NCBI GenBank assembly: GCA_944326825.1
Contig: CALVFL010000019.1
Location: 32,562-96,561, forward strand
DNA length: 64,000 nt
Source: an uncultured Erysipelotrichaceae bacterium
GTDB lineage: Bacteria; Bacillota_I; Bacilli_A; Erysipelotrichales; Erysipelotrichaceae
Direction: 5' to 3'
Part shown: positions 56,160 through 64,000 of the stretch, piece after piece
Position numbering within the stretch: position 1 is the stretch's first letter
How the letters are laid out: each line of letters opens with the position of its first letter
Translations under genes and position numbers: made by a program
The notes under the pieces: generated by a model
The model's input: only the letters and a program-made list of their open reading frames with translations
Told to the model about the DNA's origin: nothing
Databases searched by the model: none

Positions 56160-57101
56160 TTACTCTCCTTCTTTAGTTTCTGCAACTGTTTCCTGAACAG
56201 TTGTTTCTGTTTTAGTTTCTTCTTTTGGTTGATTTTCACGACGATTGATAAAACGCTTTTCAGAATTGAACTTTCTTTGAGCATTCTTGCGGCGTTCTTC
56301 ATTCTTTTGTCTTCTGCGTTTTTCCTGTTCTTCGGCATGTTTTTCAACATTGACGATTACATCGGCCATAGTGATGTCTTCAACATCTTCACCTTCCTGG
56401 AAAGCATCCTGTAAGATACCGCCCTTGGTTTCAACGATCGCATCAGCCAATAAAGACATCATTAACTTGATAGCTTTGATCGCATCATCATTTGAAGGGA
56501 TCGGATAATCTACTAAAGCCGGATCGCAATTCGTGTCACAAAGACCAAAAACCGGAATATTTAATTTACGAGCTTCAGCAACCGCATTGTGTTCTTCCTT
56601 TGGATCGACTACTACCACGGCATCAGGCAATTTCTTCATTTCTTTGATACCGCCTAAGAAGTTGTTTAAACGTTCTTCTTCTTTGTGCAATAAAGCGATC
56701 TCTTTTTTAGGATAGACATTGATCGTGCCAGAAGCATCCATCTCTTCGATCTCTAAAAGACGTTTGATACGTTTCTGGATAGTCTTGAAGTTAGTAAGTG
56801 TACCACCCAGCCATCTTTGGTTGATGTAGAAGCTTCCTGAACGTAATGCTTCATCTAAGATGATCTGCTGAGCCTGTTTCTTGGTTCCGACAAATAAGAC
56901 CTTGCCGCCGTTTTCAGCGATCTCTTTCATCTTGTCGTAAGCGACCTGCAGTTTTTCCTGAGTCTTTTCCAGATTGATGATGTAGATACCGTTTTTATCA
57001 GTGTAGATAAATGGTTTGCACTTAGGATCCCATCTTCTGGTCTGATGTCCGAAATGAACACCATTTTCTAAAAGTTTGCGCATTGAAACTAGTTGTGTCA
57101 T
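56160..57101 (-). CDS. rpsB: 30S ribosomal protein S2 with a ~60 aa Lys/Glu/Arg-rich C-terminal tail
   Basis: [18 protein letters not shown].., then the tail [38 protein letters not shown]. Confidence 0.95.
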   Translation of the reverse strand: MTQLVSMRKLLENGVHFGHQTRRWDPKCKPFIYTDKNGIYIINLEKTQEKLQVAYDKMKEIAENGGKVLFVGTKKQAQQIILDEALRSGSFYINQRWLGGTLTNFKTIQKRIKRLLEIEEMDASGTINVYPKKEIALLHKEEERLNNFLGGIKEMKKLPDAVVVVDPKEEHNAVAEARKLNIPVFGLCDTNCDPALVDYPIPSNDDAIKAIKLMMSLLADAIVETKGGILQDAFQEGEDVEDITMADVIVNVEKHAEEQEKRRRQKNEERRKNAQRKFNSEKRFINRRENQPKEETKTETTVQETVAETKEGE

Positions 57102-57211
57102 TTAATTTCCTCTCTTTCCGTTTCATCCTCCACTACTTCTGACATTGATAACCTTTCGGCACGGATCAATGAATTCATAGTGTGCGTATTAGCATCTAAA
57201 ATGCCTAGACC

Positions 57212-57240
57212 ATTATATCAAATGGATCTTGCACATACAA
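57212..57240 (-). promoter_or_regulatory. rpsB promoter TTGTAT-17-TGaTATAAT
   Basis: The -35 is 57240..57235 and the -10 is 57217..57212, leaving a leader of about 100 nt. The leader contains a 7 bp stem CAUUGAU..AUCAAUG. Confidence 0.55.
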
Positions 57241-57242
57241 GG

Positions 57243-58880
57243 TCAAAGAGTATTAAATTCTTCATTTAAGACATCAGAAAGTTTAGGGATCAGCTGCTGT
57301 TTGCGGGAAGCGATGTCTTTATCATAGCCGCTGTGCTTATCAAAGACGGTAGCGATCACTTTATTCATGACATAAGACAAAGGTCCATAGTACATAAACA
57401 TCGTTCCTTCACCCTTGACATGGGTGAACATCATGATGATCAGATCATAGTCTTTATTCTTGGCTTCGCTTTGCAACGCCTCTTTAAACTCACCCATCCG
57501 GCTTTGGATATCTTCAAGATCGGCATAGTTGGTTTGCGATACGGCGATCTTTTTGGCTGAAAGCGTATAACGCTTAAGATCGCAGAAGATCAGCTCTTTG
57601 GCATTGGCATTTTTAAGATTGACTGAAGCTTCTAAAAGCATCCTGGCATATTCGTCAAGATCGACTTTGGCTATTTTAGCAAGTTCCAAAGCACACTTGC
57701 AATCAAGTTCTGTCGTTGTTTCTAGATGAAAGTATAAAGTATCGGATATGATGGCACTGAGCATCATGCCGGCAATTTTTAAAGACGGGGTAAAATCGTT
57801 TTCTTTATACATCTGATAGATGATCGTGGCTGTAGAACCACACTTCTGATTGCGGTAAAAGATCGGTCTTTTGGTTTCGATATCCCCGATATGATGATGG
57901 TCGATGATCTCTACGACTTCGGCCTTGTCGATGTTGTCGATACTTTGGATCTTGGAAGAGTGATCGACTAAGATAAAGCGTTTAGGTCTGAATTTAAACA
58001 GGTGATAGCGGGAAAGTGCCCCCACGATCTGTCCTTTGTCATTTAAGATCGGATAGGAACGAAAACGGGTATTGGCCACTTTTCTGGCCACTTCATCAAC
58101 AAAATCATTTTCCTTGTAACAGACGAAATCCTTAGTCATGATCGATCTGACAGGAATGGTTTCTTCTAGTAGACTGGCCACCTTTAAGACATCATACTTA
58201 GAACTGATGATATTGACATTAGCTTTCTTGGCTGTTTTTAAGGCTTCATCTTCAAGAACTGCACCCAGCGTTAAAATGATTAAGGCTGGTTTTAAAGCGA
58301 TCAGATCTTTGATGGCAGCGATTTCATCATTAAGGATACAGATCGACCCTTTAAGAAGATGCGTATCCTGCCTATCTTTATCATAGGCAAAGATCTCGCC
58401 GCTTAGTTTTAATTCACTGCTGTTTAAAAGCACTTTTGCCTTGAGATCTTTTTTTAAGATCGCTAAATTGGTCGTTTTGAGCAAACGGCGTTTTTTGGCT
58501 TTGGAATTGAGTTTAAGCATTGCCAGATCGCCAACGCTGATGATGCCTTTTAAGACTTTGAAGCGGTCAGTGACAAAAAGTGTCTTGGTTTTGGTCTTCA
58601 TGATCCTCTTTAGTGCATCGTTGCATGAAGATTTGATATCGATGATCTCCGGCTTGTCAAAGTCGATGTCCCAAAGCTGGGCTCTGGCATCTTTGATCAG
58701 TTCTGGCGCTTCGACATCAAAATAACGGGTGGCAAACTTGGTTTCTTCACTTAAAGTGCCAAGACGGAAAGCTTTGACATCTTCATTTTGCAGTCTTTTA
58801 AATTCTTCATAAGCCATAGCTGAAGCTATGGAATCAGTATCGGGGTTCTTATGTCCGATGATGTAAGTAGTATCTTTCAT
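57243..58880 (-). CDS. CBS-domain-containing family II (DHH/DHHA2) inorganic pyrophosphatase
   Basis: DHH motif I GHKNPDTDSIAS, an inserted CBS/DRTGG region, VDHS, and a C-terminal DHHA2 domain. 545 aa. Confidence 0.8.
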   Translation of the reverse strand: MKDTTYIIGHKNPDTDSIASAMAYEEFKRLQNEDVKAFRLGTLSEETKFATRYFDVEAPELIKDARAQLWDIDFDKPEIIDIKSSCNDALKRIMKTKTKTLFVTDRFKVLKGIISVGDLAMLKLNSKAKKRRLLKTTNLAILKKDLKAKVLLNSSELKLSGEIFAYDKDRQDTHLLKGSICILNDEIAAIKDLIALKPALIILTLGAVLEDEALKTAKKANVNIISSKYDVLKVASLLEETIPVRSIMTKDFVCYKENDFVDEVARKVANTRFRSYPILNDKGQIVGALSRYHLFKFRPKRFILVDHSSKIQSIDNIDKAEVVEIIDHHHIGDIETKRPIFYRNQKCGSTATIIYQMYKENDFTPSLKIAGMMLSAIISDTLYFHLETTTELDCKCALELAKIAKVDLDEYARMLLEASVNLKNANAKELIFCDLKRYTLSAKKIAVSQTNYADLEDIQSRMGEFKEALQSEAKNKDYDLIIMMFTHVKGEGTMFMYYGPLSYVMNKVIATVFDKHSGYDKDIASRKQQLIPKLSDVLNEEFNTL

Positions 58881-58882
58881 GC

Positions 58883-59782
58883 TTACCTCCCACTTAGCGG
58901 ATGCGCCTTATCGACAACAGTTTTTAATCTGTCTAAAGTCAGATGAGTATATAACTGGGTGGTTGACAAGTTGTCATGTCCCAAAAGTTCCTGAACGATC
59001 CTGAGATCGGCGCCGTTATCTAAAAGATGGGTGGCAAAGGAATGTCTTAAAGTATGCGGGTGAACTTTTACTCTTAGACCTGCTTTCAGCGAAGCCTTTT
59101 CAAGCATCATTTGAACATAGCGCTCTGATAGACCAGTACCCCTTTTAGATACGAAGAAATGATCATCTTTGGCATATTTTAAACGATAGCCATTAAGATA
59201 AGAGCGGTAAAGATCACATAAAGAATCATAAAACGGAACGATCCTTTCCTTATTCCCTTTACCGATGACTCTTAGATACATCTCGTTTAGATAAACATCG
59301 CTTGTCTTAAGATCACAAAGTTCTGATACACGCAAGCCACAGGCATACAATGTTTCAGTGATCAGCCGATCACGAAGTTCAGTTTCATCTTTAAGATCAA
59401 AGGAAGCCAAAAGTTCTTCGACTTCTCTAAAAGTCAAGACATCAGGCAGTTTGCGTCTGATCTTAGATCCCTTAAAGGAAGTCAAAGGATTGTTTTTGAT
59501 ATTTTCGACCTTGTTTAAATAACGATAAAAAGATCTAAGTGATGACATGTTGCGGGCAAAACTGGTTTCCGAGAGTTTGCGTTTTGTGATCTTGCCGCTT
59601 CTTAAAAGCGTAATATAATCATACATATCATCCTTAGATACATCTTCAAAACTGTCGATATCATTATCTTTTAAATACACAATAAAACGGCTGATGTCCC
59701 GTAAATAACTCTCAGCAGTATTTTGAGAATAACCGTTTGAATATCTTAAAGAGTTTATAAAATTAAAAAGTAATTCTTCCAT
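58883..59782 (-). CDS. xerC: Tyrosine recombinase XerC/CodV type
   Basis: ACGLRVSEL, HTLRHSFATHLL and LGHDNLSTTQLYTH. Sits in the conserved topA-trmFO-xerC context. Confidence 0.88.
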   Translation of the reverse strand: MEELLFNFINSLRYSNGYSQNTAESYLRDISRFIVYLKDNDIDSFEDVSKDDMYDYITLLRSGKITKRKLSETSFARNMSSLRSFYRYLNKVENIKNNPLTSFKGSKIRRKLPDVLTFREVEELLASFDLKDETELRDRLITETLYACGLRVSELCDLKTSDVYLNEMYLRVIGKGNKERIVPFYDSLCDLYRSYLNGYRLKYAKDDHFFVSKRGTGLSERYVQMMLEKASLKAGLRVKVHPHTLRHSFATHLLDNGADLRIVQELLGHDNLSTTQLYTHLTLDRLKTVVDKAHPLSGR

Positions 59783-61079
59783 TAAGCTGCGTCTTATATT
59801 CTTCGATCTTTCTTAATGATATTTTAACATACTCTTGGCGTTTTTGTTTCTTATTGATCGCTTCTGATGTTTGAAAGATCCCGAAATTGGCATTCATCGG
59901 TATTAGCTTATCTAAAGCCTCATTAGCGATATAAGCGGCCATCGATCCGATGATGGTATCTTTGCCAAGTGCTCTCATCTTGTCATCATTTAGATATTGA
60001 GCCATATTGAGTGCAGCATAAAGACCGCTGGCGGCACTTTCGATATAACCTTCAACGCCACTGATCTGGCCGGCAAAGAATAAATTGGGATATTCTTTCA
60101 TCTGATAGAAAGCATTTAAGACTTTCGGGGAATTGATATAGGTATTGCGATGCATAACGCCATAACGCACGATATTGGCATTTTCTAAACCCGGGATCAT
60201 CTTAATGATCCTTTTTTGTTCGCCATAAGTCAAATGGGTCTGAAAGCCGACGATATTATAAAGCGTATCAATGGCATTATCTTTTCTAAGCTGAACGACA
60301 GCATATGGCTTGATGCCCTCTTTAGCTAATCCAACCGGTTTCATCGGTCCAAAAAGAAGAGTCTTGATACCCCTTTTAGCCATTACTTCAAAAGGCATAC
60401 AGCCTTCAAAATAGATCTCTTTATCGACATCTTTGACTTCGATGACTTTTGCGTTTATAAGTTCATTATAGAAATTAAAGAACTCTTCTTTATTCATCGG
60501 ACAGTTGATATAATCGCCTTCCCCCTCTTCATCATAGCGGGATTTATAATAAGCTTTAGAAAAATCGATCGAATCCTTTTCAATGATCGGAGCTATGGCA
60601 TCAAAAAAATATAAGTAATCGGTGTGGATTAGATCTTTGATGGCTTGGGAAAGTTTTCCTTCACACAAAGGACCGGCAGCGATGATCGTCGGGGTCGCCT
60701 GATCAATAGAAGTAACCTCTTCATTATGGATCTCGATATAAGGATCGTTTTTTAAAGTCTGTGTGATATACTCAGAAAAACCATGACGGTCAACAGCCAG
60801 TGATGAGCCGGCTTCAACTTTATTCAAACGGGCACTTTTGATGATCAAAGAATCCAATGCAGCCATCTCGGCTTTTAAAAGTCCGGCCGCATTTTCCAGA
60901 TTGTCGCTTCTTAAGGAATTCGAGCAGATCAGTTCGGCAAAATCGTCTGTATGAAAAGCACTGTGGCGTTTAACGCCTTTTTGTTCATAGAGATGGACTT
61001 TGATCTGGCGTTTGGCCAGCTGATAAGCTGCTTCAGAGCCGGCAAGACCGGCTCCGATGATCTTTACTTCTTTTTTCAT
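59763..61079 (-). CDS. trmFO: Methylenetetrahydrofolate--tRNA-(uracil54-C5)-methyltransferase
   Basis: IIGAGLAGSEAAYQLA. 438 aa Gid-like protein with an ATGA-type overlap with topA. Confidence 0.92.
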   Translation of the reverse strand: MKKEVKIIGAGLAGSEAAYQLAKRQIKVHLYEQKGVKRHSAFHTDDFAELICSNSLRSDNLENAAGLLKAEMAALDSLIIKSARLNKVEAGSSLAVDRHGFSEYITQTLKNDPYIEIHNEEVTSIDQATPTIIAAGPLCEGKLSQAIKDLIHTDYLYFFDAIAPIIEKDSIDFSKAYYKSRYDEEGEGDYINCPMNKEEFFNFYNELINAKVIEVKDVDKEIYFEGCMPFEVMAKRGIKTLLFGPMKPVGLAKEGIKPYAVVQLRKDNAIDTLYNIVGFQTHLTYGEQKRIIKMIPGLENANIVRYGVMHRNTYINSPKVLNAFYQMKEYPNLFFAGQISGVEGYIESAASGLYAALNMAQYLNDDKMRALGKDTIIGSMAAYIANEALDKLIPMNANFGIFQTSEAINKKQKRQEYVKISLRKIEEYKTQLNGRITF

Positions 61080-63091
61080 TTGGTTTTCCTTTTCGCTTTG
61101 AACGGTCTTTTTTCACCTTCGATGTTTTCGATGTAATGACATTTCGGATAACTCGAACAGCCGATAAAATAGTTGCCGTATCTTGATTTGCGCTTGACAA
61201 GTTCACTGCCGCATTCAGGACAAGTCCGGCCGATCTTGACCGGTTCTTCTTTGACAGTGTCGTTTAGACTGGCCTTATATTTACATTCCGGATAGTTGGA
61301 ACAGGAGATGAATTTGCCATAGCGGCTTTGGCGATAGACCAGATCGCCGCCGCAAAGCGGACACTTCTCGCCGGTCTTTTGAGCTTCGACCTTTTCCATG
61401 TTGCTGTAGGCAGCATCCAATAAAGGTTCAAAACGTTTATAGAAATCTTTTAAAGCTTCGATGTTGTCTTCTTTGCCGATGGCTATTTCATCCAGTTCTT
61501 TTTCCATCTCGGCCGTATATTTGACATTGATGACCGACAAGAAGTATTCCTTGAGTTTATCATCGGTCAAGATGCCCTGCTCTGTCGGGAAAAAGAACTT
61601 GGTCTTGGAGTTATCATTGGCCTTTTTAAGTTCGACATAGCCTCGTTTGATGATCGTATCGATGATCATGGCATAAGTTGAAGGACGGCCGACGCCCTCC
61701 TCTTCCAAAGCTTTGATCAGACGGGCTTCGCTGTAGCGCAGCGGTGCTTCGGTGAAATGCTGCTCTTTGACAAGAGATGTTTTGTTAAGCTTATCACCTT
61801 CGCTTAAAGAAGGTAAGATCGTATCTTTGGCTGAATCATAATCCTTATAGACTTTAAGAAAGCCGTCAAAGACTAAAACACTGCCGCTGGCCGTATAGGT
61901 AAGCGAGTTTGTTTCAAGTTCATAAGTCGTAGCTTCATTTTTGGCATCAGCCATTAAAGAAGACAAAGCTCTTTCATATATGAATTTATAGAGTTTATAC
62001 TGATCGTTTGTAAGATATTCCTTGACTTTTTCGGGCGTATTGTCAAGTGAAGTCGGACGGATGGCTTCGTGGGCATCTTGAGAATTCTCGTCGTTTTTGA
62101 CACGATATCTGCCAAGATATTCTTTGCCGTATCTTTCTTCGATAAGTTTATGGGCTGCCGATGTAAAGACACTTGAAAGACGGGTCGAATCAGTACGCAT
62201 GTAAGTGATCAGACCGACGGTTTCTTTGCCGATGTCGATACCCTCATAAAGCATCTGGGCCAGCATCATCGTCTTTTTAGCACCAAAGCCCAGCTTGGAT
62301 GATGCTTCCTGCTGTAAAGTTGAAGTAATAAAAGGCAGTCTGGGTGAACGTTTTTTAAGAGTCTTGCTGACTTTAGCAACTGTGAAAGGATCCTGGGTAC
62401 GCTCAAAATAGGCCAAGGCGCTTTCTTCATCTTTGATCTTGACCTTTTTACCCTGATCTTTACTCAATTCCGCTTTGAATTTCTTAGCGTCCTTGACGAA
62501 TTCAGCCTCTAAAGTCCAGTATTCTTCCGGTTTGAAGGCAGCGATCTCTTTTTCTTTATCACAGATCATTCTTAAAGCGATCGACTGAACCCGACCGGCT
62601 GATTTAGATTTGATCTTGATCTGTAAAAGCTTGGAAAGTTTAAAACCGATGATCCGATCCAAGATCCTTCTGGTTTCTTGCGATCTTACCAGGTCCATAT
62701 CGATCTTGCGGGGATTTTCCAAGGCAGTCAAGACAGCATTTTTAGTTATTTCGTTAAAGACGATCCGATCTTTTTGATCAAGATCAAGACCTAACTCATG
62801 GGCTAAATGCCAGGAGATAGCCTCGCCCTCCCGGTCAGGGTCGGTCGCCAGATAAACATTATCTGAAGCTGCAGCCGCTTTTTTAAGTTCTTCCACAAGT
62901 TTCTTTTTATCTTTAGACACTACATAAGTAGGCTTAAAATCATTCTCGACATCCACGCCAAGGCCGCCTTTGCCCTTGGTGGCTAAATCACGGATATGAC
63001 CTTTAGATGACATGACTTTATAATCTTTGCCTAAATATTTTTCGATCGTCTTAGATTTAGACGGTGACTCTACAATAACTAAATTCTTCAT
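61076..63091 (-). CDS. topA: DNA topoisomerase I
   Basis: Toprim motif LVIVESPSK, DPDREGE, and the active-site region GLITYMRTDS. Has two C-terminal Cys4 zinc ribbons. Confidence 0.95.
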   Translation of the reverse strand: MKNLVIVESPSKSKTIEKYLGKDYKVMSSKGHIRDLATKGKGGLGVDVENDFKPTYVVSKDKKKLVEELKKAAAASDNVYLATDPDREGEAISWHLAHELGLDLDQKDRIVFNEITKNAVLTALENPRKIDMDLVRSQETRRILDRIIGFKLSKLLQIKIKSKSAGRVQSIALRMICDKEKEIAAFKPEEYWTLEAEFVKDAKKFKAELSKDQGKKVKIKDEESALAYFERTQDPFTVAKVSKTLKKRSPRLPFITSTLQQEASSKLGFGAKKTMMLAQMLYEGIDIGKETVGLITYMRTDSTRLSSVFTSAAHKLIEERYGKEYLGRYRVKNDENSQDAHEAIRPTSLDNTPEKVKEYLTNDQYKLYKFIYERALSSLMADAKNEATTYELETNSLTYTASGSVLVFDGFLKVYKDYDSAKDTILPSLSEGDKLNKTSLVKEQHFTEAPLRYSEARLIKALEEEGVGRPSTYAMIIDTIIKRGYVELKKANDNSKTKFFFPTEQGILTDDKLKEYFLSVINVKYTAEMEKELDEIAIGKEDNIEALKDFYKRFEPLLDAAYSNMEKVEAQKTGEKCPLCGGDLVYRQSRYGKFISCSNYPECKYKASLNDTVKEEPVKIGRTCPECGSELVKRKSRYGNYFIGCSSYPKCHYIENIEGEKRPFKAKRKTK

Positions 63092-63147
63092 TCAACTCTC
63101 ACCTCAAACACTTTAATATATAAACACAAATAAAATAAAATTACAAT

Positions 63148-63879
63148 TTAATAATCATCTAAATTAGCTAAGATGATGATCTCGGCGCCTTCATAGATCA
63201 GAAGATTATTGCCCAAAGAGTCATCATCATCGATGCGATACGGCAATACATAGACCTCCTTGCCAAGCTTTAAAGCCTTGTCAACAGTTGTCATCGTACC
63301 GCTTTTGATATCGCTTTTCATCACAAAGATCTTATCGCTCAAGGCGGCGATCAGCCGGTTGCGAAAAGGAAAATGTTTGGCATAAGGAATGGTATGATCA
63401 GGATATTCACTTATCAGCAAGCCTTTGTTTCCCATAAGCTCATAGAGATCTTTATTGGCATAAGGATAAATATAATCGATGCCAGAACCAAGGATACCAA
63501 TACTGCCGCTATGGATCGCTTCTAAATGAGCGAGGCGGTCAATGCCTTTGGCCATTCCTGAAACGATGACATATTTTAAAGACAAAGCTTTAGCGATGGT
63601 CTTTGTCGCCTTTAAAGAATACTCCGAAACTCTTCTTGAGCCGACAATTCCGACACACTGCTTTTTCAAAAGATTAAGATCCCCTTTATAAAACAACACG
63701 AAAGGCGGATCGCTCAAAGATAAAAATGCCGCCGGATATTCTTCATCAAGGATCGTGATGGCTCTTTTATCATCTTCTGGCTCAATCATTTCTTTATTTG
63801 CGATGGCTTTTAAGATCTTATCATAGTTGCCCTGATATTTTTTGGCATAAGCGATCAAAATCTTTCTGTCTAGTTTCAC
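63148..63879 (-). CDS. dprA: DNA processing protein DprA/Smf, short form
   Basis: GIVGSRRVSEYS and VSGMAKGIDRLAHLEA. Only 243 aa, with a GTG start and no obvious SD, so the N-terminus is uncertain. Confidence 0.8.
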   Translation of the reverse strand: MKLDRKILIAYAKKYQGNYDKILKAIANKEMIEPEDDKRAITILDEEYPAAFLSLSDPPFVLFYKGDLNLLKKQCVGIVGSRRVSEYSLKATKTIAKALSLKYVIVSGMAKGIDRLAHLEAIHSGSIGILGSGIDYIYPYANKDLYELMGNKGLLISEYPDHTIPYAKHFPFRNRLIAALSDKIFVMKSDIKSGTMTTVDKALKLGKEVYVLPYRIDDDDSLGNNLLIYEGAEIIILANLDDY

Positions 63880-63910
63880 ATCTATATATAGACATCAAGA
63901 TCGCAAATTC

Positions 63911-64000
63911 CTAAAACAATTTATATTCAAGCAGTTTGCGGCAAGGACCATAGCTTTTGCGGTAGAAATCTTTTAGACCGTATTGACTTAAAAGTTCCAG
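63911..64000 (-). CDS. rnhB: C-terminal 29 codons of a gene running in from the right edge, probably RNase HII
   Basis: Hand translation gives LELLSQYGLKDFYRKSYGPCRKLLEYKLF*. This resembles the RNase HII C-terminus (YG....HR.SF.P), and its position upstream of dprA-topA fits. Confidence 0.5.
   Translation of the reverse strand: MELLSQYGLKDFYRKSYGPCRKLLEYKLF

Noticed and set aside
55714-56414. Plus-strand ORFs of 141, 92 and 73 aa, and a minus-strand 72 aa ORF, over tsf and the rpsB tail
   Set aside because: They are shadows of highly expressed genes and of the K/E-rich repeat-like tail. Their translations are low complexity.
57102-57211. The rpsB leader as a known S2-binding autoregulatory RNA
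   Set aside because: A 7 bp stem (CAUUGAU..AUCAAUG) is present. I cannot match it to the enterobacterial rpsB pseudoknot from memory, so it is left as an unannotated leader rather than a call.
58883-59782. Tyrosine recombinase as a marker of an integrated mobile element
   Set aside because: It sits in the conserved housekeeping context topA-trmFO-xerC and overlaps trmFO. It has no flanking repeats, att-like duplications or cargo genes. It is a chromosome dimer resolution recombinase.
1-64000. CRISPR arrays, IS elements or transposases, prophage genes, toxin-antitoxin pairs and known defence systems
   Set aside because: I scanned the ORF translations and intergenic regions. There are no direct-repeat arrays, no transposase or phage-like proteins, and no unexplained gaps larger than about 330 nt. 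All larger gaps are accounted for by T-box, PyrR or ribosomal-protein leaders and tRNAs.

Overview
This 64 kb window is a dense block of core housekeeping genes, almost all on the minus strand, with short intergenic gaps and many 4-20 nt gene overlaps. It looks like a low-GC, wall-bearing Bacillota-type genome. From memory, the gene order parallels these Bacillus subtilis blocks: nusB-xseA-xseB-ispA-dxs; rsmE-mtaB...rpsU-phoH; ftsA-ftsZ; rpmB/rpe-rsgA-prkC-prpC-rlmN-rsmB-priA; dxr-cdsA-uppS-frr-pyrH-tsf-rpsB; and xerC-trmFO-topA-dprA-rnhB. I call about 70 CDS and 3 tRNAs (Ser-GGA, Leu-CAG, Glu-CUC). I also call two T-box leaders, one PyrR-type attenuator, about a dozen intrinsic terminators, and several extended -10 (TGnTATAAT) promoters. 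I found no CRISPR array, IS element, prophage or recognisable defence or toxin island, so I cannot point to a clear new multi-gene system. Six observations seem most worth a second look. (1) GATC is strongly over-represented in coding sequence, and synonymous codon choice appears to depend on context. (2) A DXS paralog with degenerate thiamine-diphosphate motifs occupies the ancestral dxs slot, while a canonical dxs sits beside dxr. (3) Two paralogous substrate-binding proteins share one permease and ATPase, and each has its own T-box, one with a Phe specifier and one with a Tyr specifier. (4) An Fe-alcohol dehydrogenase has an in-frame upstream Zn-ribbon plus 2-TM extension and a strong internal SD. 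(5) The leader of a CNNM/CorC gene has a 24-codon uORF and an SD-sequestering hairpin. (6) A MurE-like ligase departs from several near-invariant motifs. All calls come from reading the sequence and ORF translations by eye. No searches were run.
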